NCBI GenBank assembly: GCA_951406725.2
Contig: OX597818.1
Coordinates: forward strand, 81,716,001 to 81,780,000
Reading direction: 5' to 3'
Source of the DNA: Octopus vulgaris
Taxonomy: Eukaryota
Length of the DNA stretch: 64,000 nt
This document shows positions 13,235 through 25,949 of this stretch, piece after piece. Positions within the stretch are counted from its first letter, which is position 1. Each line of letters opens with the position of its first letter. Position numbers and translations under genes: made by a program. Below the pieces are notes generated by a model, which saw nothing but the letters and a program-made list of their open reading frames with translations, ran no database searches and was not told the DNA's origin.

Positions 13235-13395
13235 CGTCATGCGAAATTTGCTTAGTGATATTTCTTCTGTCGCTGTACATCCTGAGTTCAAATAAAGTCG
13301 AGTCGATTTTGTCTTTCATCCTTCTGGAGTTTTTAAAATAAGTACCAGTCGAGCACCGCGGTCTATATAATCGAACAATCCACTCCCTCCAGATT
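13235..13395 (+). mobile_element. SINE family A, degenerate
   Basis: ctgagttcaaat...gtcgattttgtctttcatccttctggag...taagtaccagtcgagcac. Confidence 0.55.
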
Positions 13396-13469
13396 TAAAT
13401 ATTTATGACTATATTAGAAAGTATTTAAACATCTACGCGATCGACAAAGACCACTGAAGGTGGTGTCTT

Positions 13470-14037
13470 TTCTACTCTAAGAACAAGGCCTGAAATTTTT
13501 AGGGAGTGGGGCCAGTCGATTAGATCCGTCTCAGTACAAAACTGGTACTTAATTTATCGACCCTGAAAGAAGGAAAGGCAAGGTCAACCTGAGCGGAATT
13601 TTGAACGTAAAAACAGACGAAATACCTATTTTTCTTTACTACTCAAAAGGGGCTCAACACAGAGAGGACAAACAAGGACAGACAAACAGATTAAGTCGAT
13701 TATATCGATCCCAGTGCATAACTAGTACTTATTTAATCGACCCCGAAAACATGAAAGGCAAAGTTGACCTCGGCGGAATTTGAACTCAGAACGTAAAGAC
13801 AGATAAAATATCTATTTCTTTATTACCCAAAAGTGGCTAAACATAGAGGAGACAAACAAGGACGGGCATAGGTATTAAGTAGATTACATCGACCCCAGTG
13901 CGTAACTGGTACTTAATTTATCGACCCCGAAAGGTAAAGTCGACCTCGGCGGTATTTGAACTCCCAACGTAACAGCAGACGAAATACCACTAAGCATTTC
14001 GCCCGACGTGCTAACGTTTCTGCCAGCTCGCCGCCTT
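13470..14037 (-). mobile_element. SINE family A trimer (one full head, three cores) with TSD
   Basis: Head ggcggcgagctggcagaaacgttagc at 14035; three copies of the Nin-like core; flanking direct repeat ctgaaggtggtgtctt (13454-13469) / ctaaagatggtgtctt (14038-14053). Confidence 0.85.
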
Positions 14038-14399
14038 CTAAAGATGGTGTCTTGTCATAGCTTAAGTCTATTGAGTGGAGTCAGTATCGCATACAACTTC
14101 GTAGCAAGGCATGTATACAATTACATATATTCCAGAATCTGTGTGGCACGTACTGTGTAGAACCAGGGAGAGTAAAAGGTTTAGTTAACCATATCAAGAA
14201 CTAAACTCAGAAACAAATGTAAATGAATGCAGAAAGAGAAATTTTCTTACACTAACAACTCGGGAATCTATTGAGCTACCAGCCTGTATTTTAAGGAACA
14301 GTGATACAATTGGAAAAGGCTAATAAATTAAATCATTCAAGGCGTTGCCCCAGCATGGTCGCTGTCTAATATATGAAACAAGTAAAAGATAAAAGATTC

Positions 14400-15215
14400 A
14401 CCACAACAATAACCGTTGGTGCTGCAGTTGGTACTACTTCAACAGCAGCTTCTGTTGCTAATACTACTATAGCTACTGCTACGAGTATTAATACTGTTGC
14501 TAATACCATTACAGCTGCTACTGTTACTACTACTACTGCTGCTGCTGCTGCCCCTCCTCCTCCTCCTCCTCCTCCTCCTACTACTACTACTGTAACTACC
14601 ACTACTACTACTACGACTACTACTGCTGCTGCTGCTACTACCACTGCTGCTGCTAGTATTACTACTGGTGGTGGTAGTAATGCTGCAGTTGCTGTTAGTA
14701 CTTTTACCAGCTTATCACCACTGTCAATGCTACTGTTACTACTACTACTACTACTACAACTATCAACCTACTAAAATAATCAGTACTATTACACTACAAC
14801 TTTACTAGTGCTACTATTAATGCTTCTAATAGTGCTACTACTACCAACATACAACCACCATCATTGGTATTAAGCCTGCTACAAGTCTTAGATCTTCCGC
14901 CTCCTCCTCCTCCTCCTCCTCCTCCTACTACTACTACCACTACTACTACTACTGCTACTACTACTACTACTACTACTGCTACTACTACTACTAGTGCTAC
15001 TACCAATATACCGTTGCCACAACTGTGCTGCTGCTTTTTGCTCCTGCGCGTCCTCCTCCATTTACTTTTTACCCCCAAATTGCAACCTTGTGCCAAGATG
15101 TGAAACCAAAATTCCATTGCTACTATTTTGACATTGTTGCCCGCCACCGCCGGCGCTGCTGCACCTCCTTCTCCTCCTAGCTGTCCTCCCCCTCCTCCTC
15201 TACTATTATTACTAC
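14400..15215. repeat. Degenerate trinucleotide low-complexity tract (ACT/GCT/CCT)
   Basis: Directly visible. Confidence 0.85.
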
Positions 15216-15487
15216 AAATGTACCATTCAATATTCCATTGGCAGCAGTGTTGGTGCGCCGGGGCAAAATGCTTGGCGGCATATCATCCGTCTTTCCGATC
15301 TGAGTTAAAATACTGATCGTAAGGAGGTCGACCTAAATTAAGAACCAGTTGAGCACTGGGGCGATGTAACCCACATACCTTTCCTGCAAAAATTGCTGGC
15401 CGTGGGTCAAAATGTGAAACAAATATTCCATTGCTACTACCGTGACGTTGATGCTGCCACCAGCGGCGCAGCTGCCGCTACTGCTGT

Positions 15488-15565
15488 TTTGTTGTTGTTG
15501 TTGTTGTTCTTCTTCTTCTTCTTCTTCTTCTTTTCCTCCTCCTCCTCCTCCTCCTCCTCCTCCTC

Positions 15566-15609
<44 letters not shown>
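15488..15609. repeat. Compound (TTG)n(TTC)n(TCC)n(TAC)n microsatellite
   Basis: Directly visible. Confidence 0.95.
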
Positions 15610-16015
15610 GTAATTTGCTCTCTATCGGTTATAGGATCTTGTTCGGGATATAGTTGTATTTATGACCAAATTACGACCAGTAATCTTGGGTCTTAATGCA
15701 TTTTATGCTAATTTTGATTGTCGTTTACGCTAGGTCGCTATCATCTAATATTCTAGATATCTTTTAACAAGACAAGCAATAAAAAACAATGCTGTATGTA
15801 TATAATATTCCGTCCTTGTTTTAGTTTCTGTCATAGTTAATCTTACTTCTACCCTATTAAATGCCATGCCTAAAGGTACACGGAATATTAGTATCATATT
15901 CTGTTTTGAAAAGTGCAATCTCATGCTTGAAATCCTCATTCCTTTATTCCTGATTATATTGCTTCGTAATTCTCTATGGTGTCTTGCACGCATTTCTTGT
16001 CTTCTACGTATCATT
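15610..16015 (-). mobile_element. Probable decayed 3' end of an RLE non-LTR element
   Basis: ...EDFKHEIA...IHTALFFIACLVKRYLEY* resembles the IQKTALLGTARILRRVLE terminus; followed by UTR and (TAG)n tail. Confidence 0.4.
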
Positions 16016-16129
16016 TTATAGCTGGTGATAATGTGGAGGTTAGGGTGTTGCGCTCACGATTGCGACATCAACGGTTCGATTACCGGACTGGATTGTGCAA
16101 TATCTCTCTCTCTCTTTTAATTTTTAAAA

Positions 16130-16343
16130 TTCTTTACATGCTTCAATCATAAGAGTGCGACCATGCTGGGGCTCCGTTTTGAAAATGTTTAATCGAATGA
16201 CTCAACACTAGTACATAATTACTTTGCAAAGCCTGTAATTTATTCTATCGGTCTCTTTTGACGAAATGCTACGGGTACCTAAACACACTAACACCGGTTG
16301 TCAAGCGTTGGTGGAGAACAATTACAGACCCAAAGATACACAA

Positions 16344-16433
<90 letters not shown>

Positions 16434-16582
16434 GCGTGTATGTGTGACAGTCTTCCTCCAGTCACCGTCTACCAAACCCTCTGCAAAGCAGGAGACACTT
16501 GCCCAAGTTGCCACACAGTGGAACGGAACCTAGAACCATGAGGTTAAGGACCAAGCTTCTTACGATACAAACACACCTGTGC

Positions 16583-16585
<3 letters not shown>
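16130..16585 (-). mobile_element. SINE family B with internal (TA)n
   Basis: Head at 16455-16585 (gacacttgcccaag, ggaacctagaaccatg) and tail at 16130-16320 (caccggttgtcaagcg, ccatgctggggctccg). Confidence 0.7.
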
Positions 16586-16631
<46 letters not shown>

Positions 16632-16656
16632 AACATATATATATATATATATATTT

Positions 16657-17954
16657 ATAGGTGAGCAAAAGTGTACGTACTCAGCTATATGTATATTTAG
16701 ATATAAAATATGGACCAAAAGCGCAATAGAGGACAATAAAACATTTGGACAAATAGACGATACAAAGGCGGACAGGAAAAACAATAATTAGAGGTACAGG
16801 GGAAAAAAGGACGAGCCATTCATGGCCTTCTTTCGTCAGCCAAGTTACCAGATATCCTTAGCCTGAAACTGTAAGGACATCTGGTAACTTGACTGTCGAA
16901 AGAAAGCCACGAATGACGTGATTTTTTCCTGTCCCTCTAATTGTTGTTTTTCCTGTCCACCTTTGTATGGTCTATCTGTTTTAATGTATTACATTGCTTT
17001 TTGTTCCATTTTTAATATTTATATATACATATAGCAGCGTACGTACAATTTTACTCACCTTATAGTATGTATCCAAGTTTTGTTCGATTCTTTTACTGTC
17101 TTTTAGTCCCCCTTATACTTTCTTCCTCTTTTATTTTACTCGCTCCCCATCTATCACATTTTTTGCCCTCTCTTCTTTAACTCTCCCTTTTCGTCCGCAT
17201 TTATCACCCATTTACCTTTCACGTTATCTCTTTGACTTTTTTATAATCCTTCAATCCTACTGCCTCTACCTCTCTCTCCTTCTTCGATGTGAGCGGTGTT
17301 TGGTCAGCCATAATCTTTCTTTCTTGGCCTGACTGCCGACCGCCAACACCTCTTATGTCCATACACTATATTCCTTCCTTAAGGCTTTCACATTATATAC
17401 AACAGCTCAATTTGGTTCGTCTTCAATGCGGCGACCTGGCAGAAACCTTAGCACGCCAGGTAAAATATTTAGAGGTATTTCGTCTGTCTTCACGTGCTGA
17501 GTTCAAATTCCGTTGAGGTCGACTTCGCCTTTCATCTTTTCAGGGTCAATAAATTAAGTACTAGTTGCGTTCTGGGGCCGATCTAATCGACTGGTCTCCT
17601 CCCCCCAAATTTCGGGCTTTGTGCATAAAGTAGAAAAGAATTTGATTCATCCTCAGTCGAAGACACCTGTTATTATATTCTTCTTGTTTGTGTTTGTAAT
17701 TGTGTAACATGTTCTCCGTTTTTTGTCTTTATTGTCGTACATATTCTCTAGACTTTTTTTTGGGGGGGTGGGGGTAACTAGTTCTAACAGTCTCAAGTGT
17801 AACTCCCCAAAACTGTAAAGACATCTGGTAACTTGACTGACGAAAGACTACGAATGACCCGCCCTTTTTTTCTGTGCCCCTAATTGTTGTTTTCCCATCC
17901 GCCTTTGTATCGTCTATCTGTCCGGATGTTTTATTGTTCTGTATTATGCTTTTG

Positions 17955-17960
<6 letters not shown>
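16657..17960 (+). mobile_element. Non-coding PLE-type element, family P1: inverted terminal copy, body, direct terminal copy
   Basis: 16657-16860 is the reverse complement of 16872-17063; the aactgtaa.gacatctggtaacttgactg... unit recurs directly at 17811-17957; (TA)n on both sides; related to 47377-48450. Confidence 0.7.
17427..17638 (+). mobile_element. SINE family A inserted in the P1 element
   Basis: Full head, core and tail; degenerate TSD aatttggttcgtcttca (17409-17425) / aatttgattcatcctca (17639-17655). Confidence 0.85.
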
Positions 17961-18001
<41 letters not shown>

Positions 18002-18043
18002 ATGAGAGAAAGAGAAAATGGAATTCACGAGAATCTTTATTAA

Positions 18044-18091
18044 TCACTACGATCGCTTCGACCCCATCGTGCATCGGTTTCTCTCAGGTGA
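18044..18091 (-). ncRNA. Degenerate minimal hammerhead motif in a PLE-type 3' end
   Basis: TCAC-CTGAGAGA-AACC..GGGTC-GAAGC-GATC-GTA-GTGA: stem I and palindromic stem III intact, core altered; ~45 bp from a (TA)n tract. Confidence 0.45.
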
Positions 18092-18959
18092 GATTCTGTA
18101 CAACAGGTTGTGCTGCATCATTCGGTGCAGATGTACATCCCTTTCCAAGAAACACCTCGCTCATTAAACCCGGTTTCACTTATTTCGATCACAACACATT
18201 TCGTTATTTGCCTGTAGCTGGTAGCATACACGGGAAATCAGGTACATAATGATTTAGAATGAAGTACAGGTCTTGTCATATGCAATGATCCTACTTACAT
18301 GTTGTCTTTCTCTCATACGTTATATGCTCAAACGGACATGAACTAAATCCAGTGGCACTTACATCATATTGTTGATAACATCAGATAACCTAAAACCGTG
18401 AGCGTGCTATAAATGGCATATGTATGTATGTATGCATGTATTTATCTATCTATCTATCCATCTATCTATACATGTAATGCATAAATATATTTCTGTGGCT
18501 TTTGTGGGCTTTTCCATCGAAAATATTCTATGGCTGCAAATGTGCGTATACATTAACATAGAAAAGGAGGGTTTGGAGAAGAAACTCGTTTTTAGCAGAA
18601 ATATTAGAAATTATCCCTCTTTACATTCTACTCTCAACATCTGTACTACATTTGTACCATCACCGGTACTGTTAAATATGGCAACAACAAAGAGAAGACC
18701 ATCACAACCGCTATCAACACGGCTGTCACCGCCGCCGCCGCCACCACAACTACCACCACCACTACCGCCACGAGAACCACTTGCACTACTACAACCTCGA
18801 CCATCATCATTACTACTACTATAACTACAACTACGACCACCGCCACTACCAGTACCACCACTATTATCGCTTCTACCGCTAACACCTCCAAAATCACTAC
18901 TATTACACCACAACCATATTAGCCACTACTACACTTTTACTAATGTTACCAGCACCTGA

Positions 18960-19170
18960 GGCTTCGAGCTGGCAGAAATGTTACCACGCCGAGCAAAGTG
19001 CTTAGCGCTATTTCGTCTGTCTTAACTTTCTGAGTTCAAATTCCGTCGAGGTCGACTTTGCCTGTCATCATTTCGGGACCGAATAATTAATGACCAGTTG
19101 CGACTGGGGTCGATCTAATCGACTTGACCCTCCCCAAAAATGTAGGGCTTTGTGCCTAGAGGAGAAAAGA
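18960..19170 (+). mobile_element. SINE family A
   Basis: gagctggcagaaatgtta...ctgagttcaaattccgtcgaggtcgactttgcctgtcatc...ctggggtcgatctaatcgac. Confidence 0.8.
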
Positions 19171-19631
19171 ACATTACCACCACCTTTACGATCTATACCA
19201 TCACCTCCACATCCACCACTACCACTACGACGACGACCACCATAGGCATCTTCACCTCCACCTCCAGCGTGTTTAGCCCATCTGGATTTGTTGGTTTGTG
19301 TGGAACAACTGTTATTTTGTATAGAAAGGATCCGGTTTCATTTTGAAACTGGTTATATTTTCATTGCTTGGAGGCTATATTTTCATTGATTGGAGGTTAT
19401 ATTTTCATAGCTTGGAATAAATGAATTTGTGTAATATACACCATTATAATATTTGAGGACGCGGTTTTTTCTCTCAGAGTAAGCACTCTTCAAATTCTTA
19501 AACTGACACTGGATGAGGAGCATTATTTTGAGAACAAAAAGTGATGGAGATGGTTGTTGTTGTGATGGTGTTAGTGGTTTTGCTGTTGGTTTTTTGTGAC
19601 TGTAGTAGTTTTAGAGGCAATGTTATTATTA

Positions 19632-20218
19632 GTTTCCAGTTTTGGCACAGGACCAGCAATTTCGCTATCAACGGCTTTTTATTCCATCGACCCTGAGAGG
19701 ATGAAAAGCAAAGTCGACCTCGGCGGGATTCCAGCAAAGAGCGTGAAGATGGATGAAACGCTGCTAATCACTTTGATTGGCACGTTAACAATTCTTATTT
19801 CTTTATTGCCCACAAGGGGCTAAACATAGAGGGAACAAACAAGGACAGACAAACGGATTGCGTCAATTATATCGACCCCAGTGCGTAACTGGTACTTATT
19901 TAATCGACCCCGAAAGGATGAAAAGCAAAGTCGACCTCGGCGGAATTTGAACTCAGAACGTAGCGGCAGACGAAATACTTATTTCAATTTCTTTACAACC
20001 CACAAGGGGCTAAACACAGAGAGGACAAGCAAGGACAGACAAACGGATTACGTCGATTATATCGACCCCAGTACATAACTGGTACTTATTTAATCGACCC
20101 CGAAAGGATGAAAGGCAAAGTAGACCTCGGTGGAATTTGAACTCAGAACGTAGCGGCAGACGAAATACCGCTAAGCATTTCGCCCGGCGTGCTAACGTTT
20201 CTGCCAGCTCGCCACCTT
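19632..20218 (-). mobile_element. SINE family A multimer (two tail-A units plus a decayed unit)
   Basis: Near-identical ~195 bp units 19796-19980 and 19988-20218; head gcgagctggcagaaacgttagcacgccgggcgaaatgcttagcggtatttcgtctgcc. Confidence 0.9.
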
Positions 20219-20259
20219 CAGAGGAAATGGTAGTATTAATAGAGCAGTAAGACTGTGTG

Positions 20260-20618
20260 CAGGCAGAATTGTTAGCAATTCAGGCAAAATGCTGAGCGAC
20301 ATTTCGTCCGTCTTTCAGTTCTGAGCTCTAATTCCACCAAGGTCAACTTTACCTTTCATCCTTTCGGCGTCGATGAAATAAATCGCTGTTCATCACTTGG
20401 AAGGGGGGTGTAATTGATTTACACCCTCTCCCAAAATTGATGGCCTTGGGTGAAAATTTGTAACCAATGTTAATACAATAGTAGTAATACTAGTAGTTAT
20501 ACTGGTTTCAAATTTAGGCACCATGCCAGCACTTTCGGGGGAGGTGGTAAATCGATTACATCACCTCCCGTACTCAACAGCTACTTATTTTATTGACTCA
20601 GAAAGGATGAAAGGCAAA

Positions 20619-20620
<2 letters not shown>
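20260..20620. mobile_element. Two further SINE family A copies (+ 20260-20465; - 20505-20620)
   Basis: Core cctttcatcctttcgg in both orientations. Confidence 0.65.
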
Positions 20621-20800
<180 letters not shown>

Positions 20801-21290
20801 AACACAGTTGTCTAAGTGTTGTAATCTTCGAAACGTCAGTGAAAGCTGGAGGGATGACAAGGCTGAATATGCCGACTCTTATGCAACTATAAACATCAAA
20901 CAAGAAACATGAAGAAGGCAGACACTTTGATGATTTTGATAAATATATTGCGGTATAGAAATTCGAGCTTTCACTTTGTGCGAGTTGTTCTCCCAAACAA
21001 ATTAAAGTACATGCTTGCTTTCCTCAGGCTTCGTCTCTTAGTAAGAACGTTTTCTGGTTGTTATTTTATCATTTTTATTCCTTTCGGTCGCTAAAACTTT
21101 ATTGGTGGAGGTGATGGTGCTGTTTTTTGGGGGGTGGTGGTTTTGTTGGTGGTAGCAGAAGTAGAGGTGGTCGAAATAATAGCAAAGAAGTATTACTAGT
21201 AGTAGTAATAGTAGTAGTAGTAGTAGTAGGTGGTGATAGTAGTAGTAATAGTAGTAGTAGTATTTGTTTTGTATTTGTCCTTGTGAACGT

Positions 21291-21925
21291 CACCTTCATC
21301 TTCCTGTTTCTTCTCCTTTTCTACTTCCATTTACTCGTTTCTTCCTCTTCTTCATCACCATCTTTTTTCCTTCACCGTTTTATTCTCCTCTCTTCCCTGT
21401 CCATTCCTCTCCCACATGCTCTTCCTGCTGTTCCATCTCTTCCTCTTTCTCTTCCATTTTTTCCTTCTTGCCTTACTCCCCTTCCACCTCTGCCTCCGCT
21501 TCTGCCTTATTCTCCGCTTCCTCCTTTACCTCCCCTTCTGAGTTCTCCTTCTCTTCTTCCTTCTCCTCCAAATCTACCTCCACTTCCTCTTTCTGCATTC
21601 ACTTCTGCCCCCACTTCTGCCTCCCCTTCCTCCTGCGTCCACTTCTGCATCCAAGTCTGCCTCCCCTTCCACCTCCTCCCCCTCCTCCCCTCCCCTCCTC
21701 CCCCACCTCCTCCCCAATCTTCTCCACCTTCTTCTCCTCCACCTCTTCCTCTTTCTCATCCACCTCTCTCTCCTTCTCCCCACCTATTCCTCCTTCTTTC
21801 TCCCATTCTTCCTCCTTTTCCTCCTCTCACCCCCTTCACCTCAACTTCTACCTCCTCTTCCTCCTCCTCCCTGTTCTCCTTCCTCTCCTTCTATCTCCTC
21901 TTCTACCTCCTCATAACCATCTTCA
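21291..21925. repeat. ~630 bp polypyrimidine/polypurine tract
   Basis: Almost exclusively C/T on the plus strand. Confidence 0.9.
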
Positions 21926-22239
21926 ACACCGAATCTACTAGACCTATCATTACTACGTTCATTAACTGTCTAAAACTGTTACTTACTTAAAATGCAACGC
22001 TTCCTTATGGAATTGATAAAGCACTCCATCAATTCCCGAGCTGTGTATTATTTTTATTATTATCAATATCATTATTGTTGTTATTAATATTGTTATACAT
22101 ATTTTTATTCGTTTTTGCTGTCCTGCTAGTAGGAGCATCTGCAGCAACGGTGCTAGCAACAGTAGGCATAGTAGTAGCAGATATAGTAGTAGTAGTAGTT
22201 ATAACAGTAGTAGTAGTAGTAGTTGTTGTTGTAGTAGTT

Positions 22240-22270
<31 letters not shown>

Positions 22271-23944
22271 CAGCAGCAGCAGCAGCTGTAGTAGTTGTAG
22301 TAGCACTTTTAGTAGTAGTGGTGGTGGCGTTATTGGAAGTATTAAATTTATCCTATTTATCGGTTTTATTAAATATTTTTTTTATAATATGATCATGTAC
22401 GTTCTTCCATACATATACAAACGCACAAAAATGACACGCAAACATAGAAATACTCCCCCACGCACATTTACAATCTCCCTCCACCGGTCCTACATCCACA
22501 CAACCATCTTCCATACATACATACACACGAATATATACATGTAGAGTTTAACATAAAATGTAGCGTAATTTAATAAAGCGCCAACATGGAAAAGAAAATA
22601 TAAATGAAAATGATAAAAAATATTCCATCCAATTTATTAACTTATTTCGTGTAGTTTTTGTTTTTTGTTGTTTAGCTTCTTCGTGTTTGAAAGCCAAATG
22701 CGATTAATCAAATAAATAAAAAATAAATGCATAAAAATTTTCACGCCGAAACTCCCATAATTCAACAGTGTTTCCACAAATAATTCCCATAATTCAATAG
22801 CAGTATAAAAGAATAAAAATAAAGTCAAAGTTCCACTCGAGTTGTTTTTATTCCATCACTTTTGAAACGAAATTCAATGATGCAAAAATGCCGCCATTAA
22901 TTTCTGGTCTTTTATAATTCTTTGTTCTTATATTTTTGTTGTTGTTTTTGCGTTTGTTATGTGTTTTGTTATAAAAAAAAAAAGATAAGATTTTTGAAAA
23001 GCTAAACTATACACACATACTAACACACACACGCACTCAAGCACGCATACACATAGAAACACACACACATTTGCACACTCGCAAAGAAAAATATAATGAA
23101 TAAACAAAATGGTGGAATACATAGACAATAAATAAATAAATAAATAAGCAAAAGCAATGCCATACAGTAATATCTACAACAATAATAAGTCCCAAAAACC
23201 CCATCAGGAATGATATAAACAGAAAATTATAACTGGTTATGGTTAACGAAAGCAATGAAACAAGAACACCAACAGGAATCATACAAAGAAAAAAGATGAA
23301 AACACAACAGAAACCTTATAAAAACACAAAGATAATTAAAAAGAAAACAGTGTGAAGTGATATAATGGTAGAAAGTCATCAGTTGGAAGAAATAAGAAAT
23401 AAATACATAAATAAATAGCAGAAGTAATGAGAAGGTGGTGGGAGGAGGTGAGAGGAAGAAAGTATAAATACAATAAGTTATACAAGTAACACAAGAAAAC
23501 AACATGAGAAATGATAGAACGGAGGAAGAGATAAAGATTGACATTTAGAAATACGTAGAATACAATTAAGCGAAAGAGTAAGAGGATCGTCTAAAATATA
23601 AACACCACAACATTGCGAAGAAAAAAAATAAGAAGAGAAAAAAAGAAACATTAAAAGCAAAAACAATAGAACTGGAACAGAAGTTTGAGAATATAAAGTA
23701 TAAGCACTCGGGCAAAGAAGAGGCACCATAGAAAAAAGAAGATAAATGATAATGATACGTAGGTATAAATGTAAATGTAAAAAATAAGCATCAAAGTAAA
23801 TACTAGCAGGAATCGGACTCTAAAATAGGAATATAAACCAACGCGTGCGCCCGCGCACACACATTCACATGCACACACAGACACATGCACAAACACATAT
23901 ATGTATATGTATGCATATGTAATTATATATATATATATGTGTGT

Positions 23945-23945
23945 G

Positions 23946-24006
<61 letters not shown>

Positions 24007-24055
24007 CTCTCTCTGTCTATCTGTCTGTCTGTCTATCTCTGTGTGTGTGTGTGTG

Positions 24056-24134
<79 letters not shown>

Positions 24135-24205
24135 GTCTCTCTGTCTGTCTGTCTATCTCTCTGTCTGTCTATTTATCTACTTGTCTGCTTCTCTGTCTAT
24201 CTATC
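23945..24205. repeat. (TATC)n/(TGTC)n microsatellite
   Basis: Directly visible. Confidence 0.95.
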
Positions 24206-24659
24206 GCTCTACCTCTTTTTATATAATTTAAATAAGTACATTAATATATTTAACCCCCTCAACTCAGTGCGCATTCTCATAGCAGAAATAACAGTAAGCT
24301 AATGTGTTTGATTACGTGATTCTTGGCTTATTTGTCAATCATTAATGACGAGCTGGAAGAATCGTTATCGCGCTGGAAAATGTTCTTTTTGGCATTTCTT
24401 CCAACTTTACGTACTGAGTTCAACTTGCGCTGGATTCGACTTTACCTTTCACCATTTCGAGTTCGATATAATATGCATCAGCCCTTCACTGGGGTTGATG
24501 TAATTGTCTGATCTCCCTACCCCAAAAATGCTGGCCTTTTAACAGAATTTGAAACTAATATAACGTACCATTAGGTACTCATCTAAACGCTGTGTATATT
24601 GAATTCTAACACCTGACTATTAGCATCACAATGCCTATGCGAAATCATAAATATATATC

Positions 24660-25035
24660 GTTGTACTCTGTCGGTTACGACGTCGAGGGTTTTAGCTGAT
24701 CCGATCAACGGAAGAGCCTGCACGTGAAATTAACGTGCAAGTGGCTGAGCACTCCACAGACACATGTGCCCTTAACGTAATTCTCGGGGTGATTCAGAGT
24801 GACACAGAGTGTGACAAGGCTGACCCCTTGGAAATACAGGTACAACAGAAAGAGGAACAAAGAGTGAGAGAAAGTTGTGGCGAAAGCGTATAGCAGAGTT
24901 CACCACCACCCCTCTGCCGGAGCCTCATGGAGATTTTGGTATTTTCATACAATAAGCACGCACTACGTCAGGTTTGAGGATCGAAACCGCCATCCCACGA
25001 CCGTGGGTCTGCTGCCCTAAACATTGGGCCATTTT
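24660..25035 (-). mobile_element. SINE family C (tRNA-derived head), tail type 1
   Basis: Minus: atggcccaatgtttagggcagcagacccacggtcgtgggatggcggtttcgatcctcaaacc (A/B boxes); middle shared with 31418-31600. Confidence 0.75.
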
Positions 25036-25085
25036 CGCCCCCCCCCCCCACATACACACACATACACACACATACACACACATAC

Positions 25086-25117
<32 letters not shown>

Positions 25118-25132
25118 TTATATACATATATA

Positions 25133-25295
25133 CGACGGGCTTCTTTCAGTTTCCGTCTACCAAATCCACTCACAAGGCTTTGGTCGGCACGACACTATAG
25201 TAGAAGACACTTGCTGAAGGTGCCACACAGTGGGACTGAACCCGGAACCATATAGTTGGTAAGCAAGCTACTTACCACACAGCCACTCCTACGCT
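25133..25295 (-). mobile_element. SINE family B head
   Basis: Minus: gcgtaggagtggctgtgtggtaagtagcttgcttaccaac...gggttcagtcccactgtgtggcacc...gtagacggaaactgaaagaagcccgtcg then (TA)n. Confidence 0.85.
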
Positions 25296-25949
25296 TATAT
25301 ATATATAATAAACTTAATAACATTAGTGGCTATTCAAAGCGTGAACCGTGCAGGCAAGTTAAAAAAATATGATGATATTAGAACAGTACCAGCTTCGCTA
25401 GAGACAAAAGTGAAAGGACTTCGGAAGCCACACACACACACACACACATACACACACACTCACGCTCTCACACACACACACACAAACACTCACACATACA
25501 TACGTAAGTTCTTATGGATCCGTTAGGCGATGCCAGGTCACTCTCATCGGAGGAATGTGTCAAATTGCGTATTTCATAACAATGTTTACAAATATATGGG
25601 CTTATAAGGAATTGAGAGAGAGGGGGAAGAGAGAGTTTATGAGAACACTAAGAAGAGGGAGAAGGGTGGATTTGATTGAAGGCGAATTAGTAGTATCTGA
25701 TAGATAGGAAAACTAGAGGAGAGAGAAATAGAGATAAGGTAAATGATAAGGGAAGGAAGTTATCAGGAGAACGGTAGAGAGTGATGGTGAATATAAATAG
25801 CGTAGGCAAATATATACCTGCTCCCAAAAGAAACAGGTGAAGGTAATGCGGACAACAGCACAATCACACAAGGATAAAGACCAGTGAGAGAATTGCAATA
25901 CTGTATTACAGGAAGAAGATAAAGGAACTTAAACAGTTTTAAAAGTTTA

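Noticed and set aside
13470-14037. CRISPR-like or tRNA gene array
   Set aside because: Units are ~190 bp SINE bodies without unique spacers; heads cannot form a full cloverleaf
21127-21990. 287 aa Pro/Ser/Leu-rich ORF
   Set aside because: Consequence of the polypyrimidine tract, which cannot encode stops
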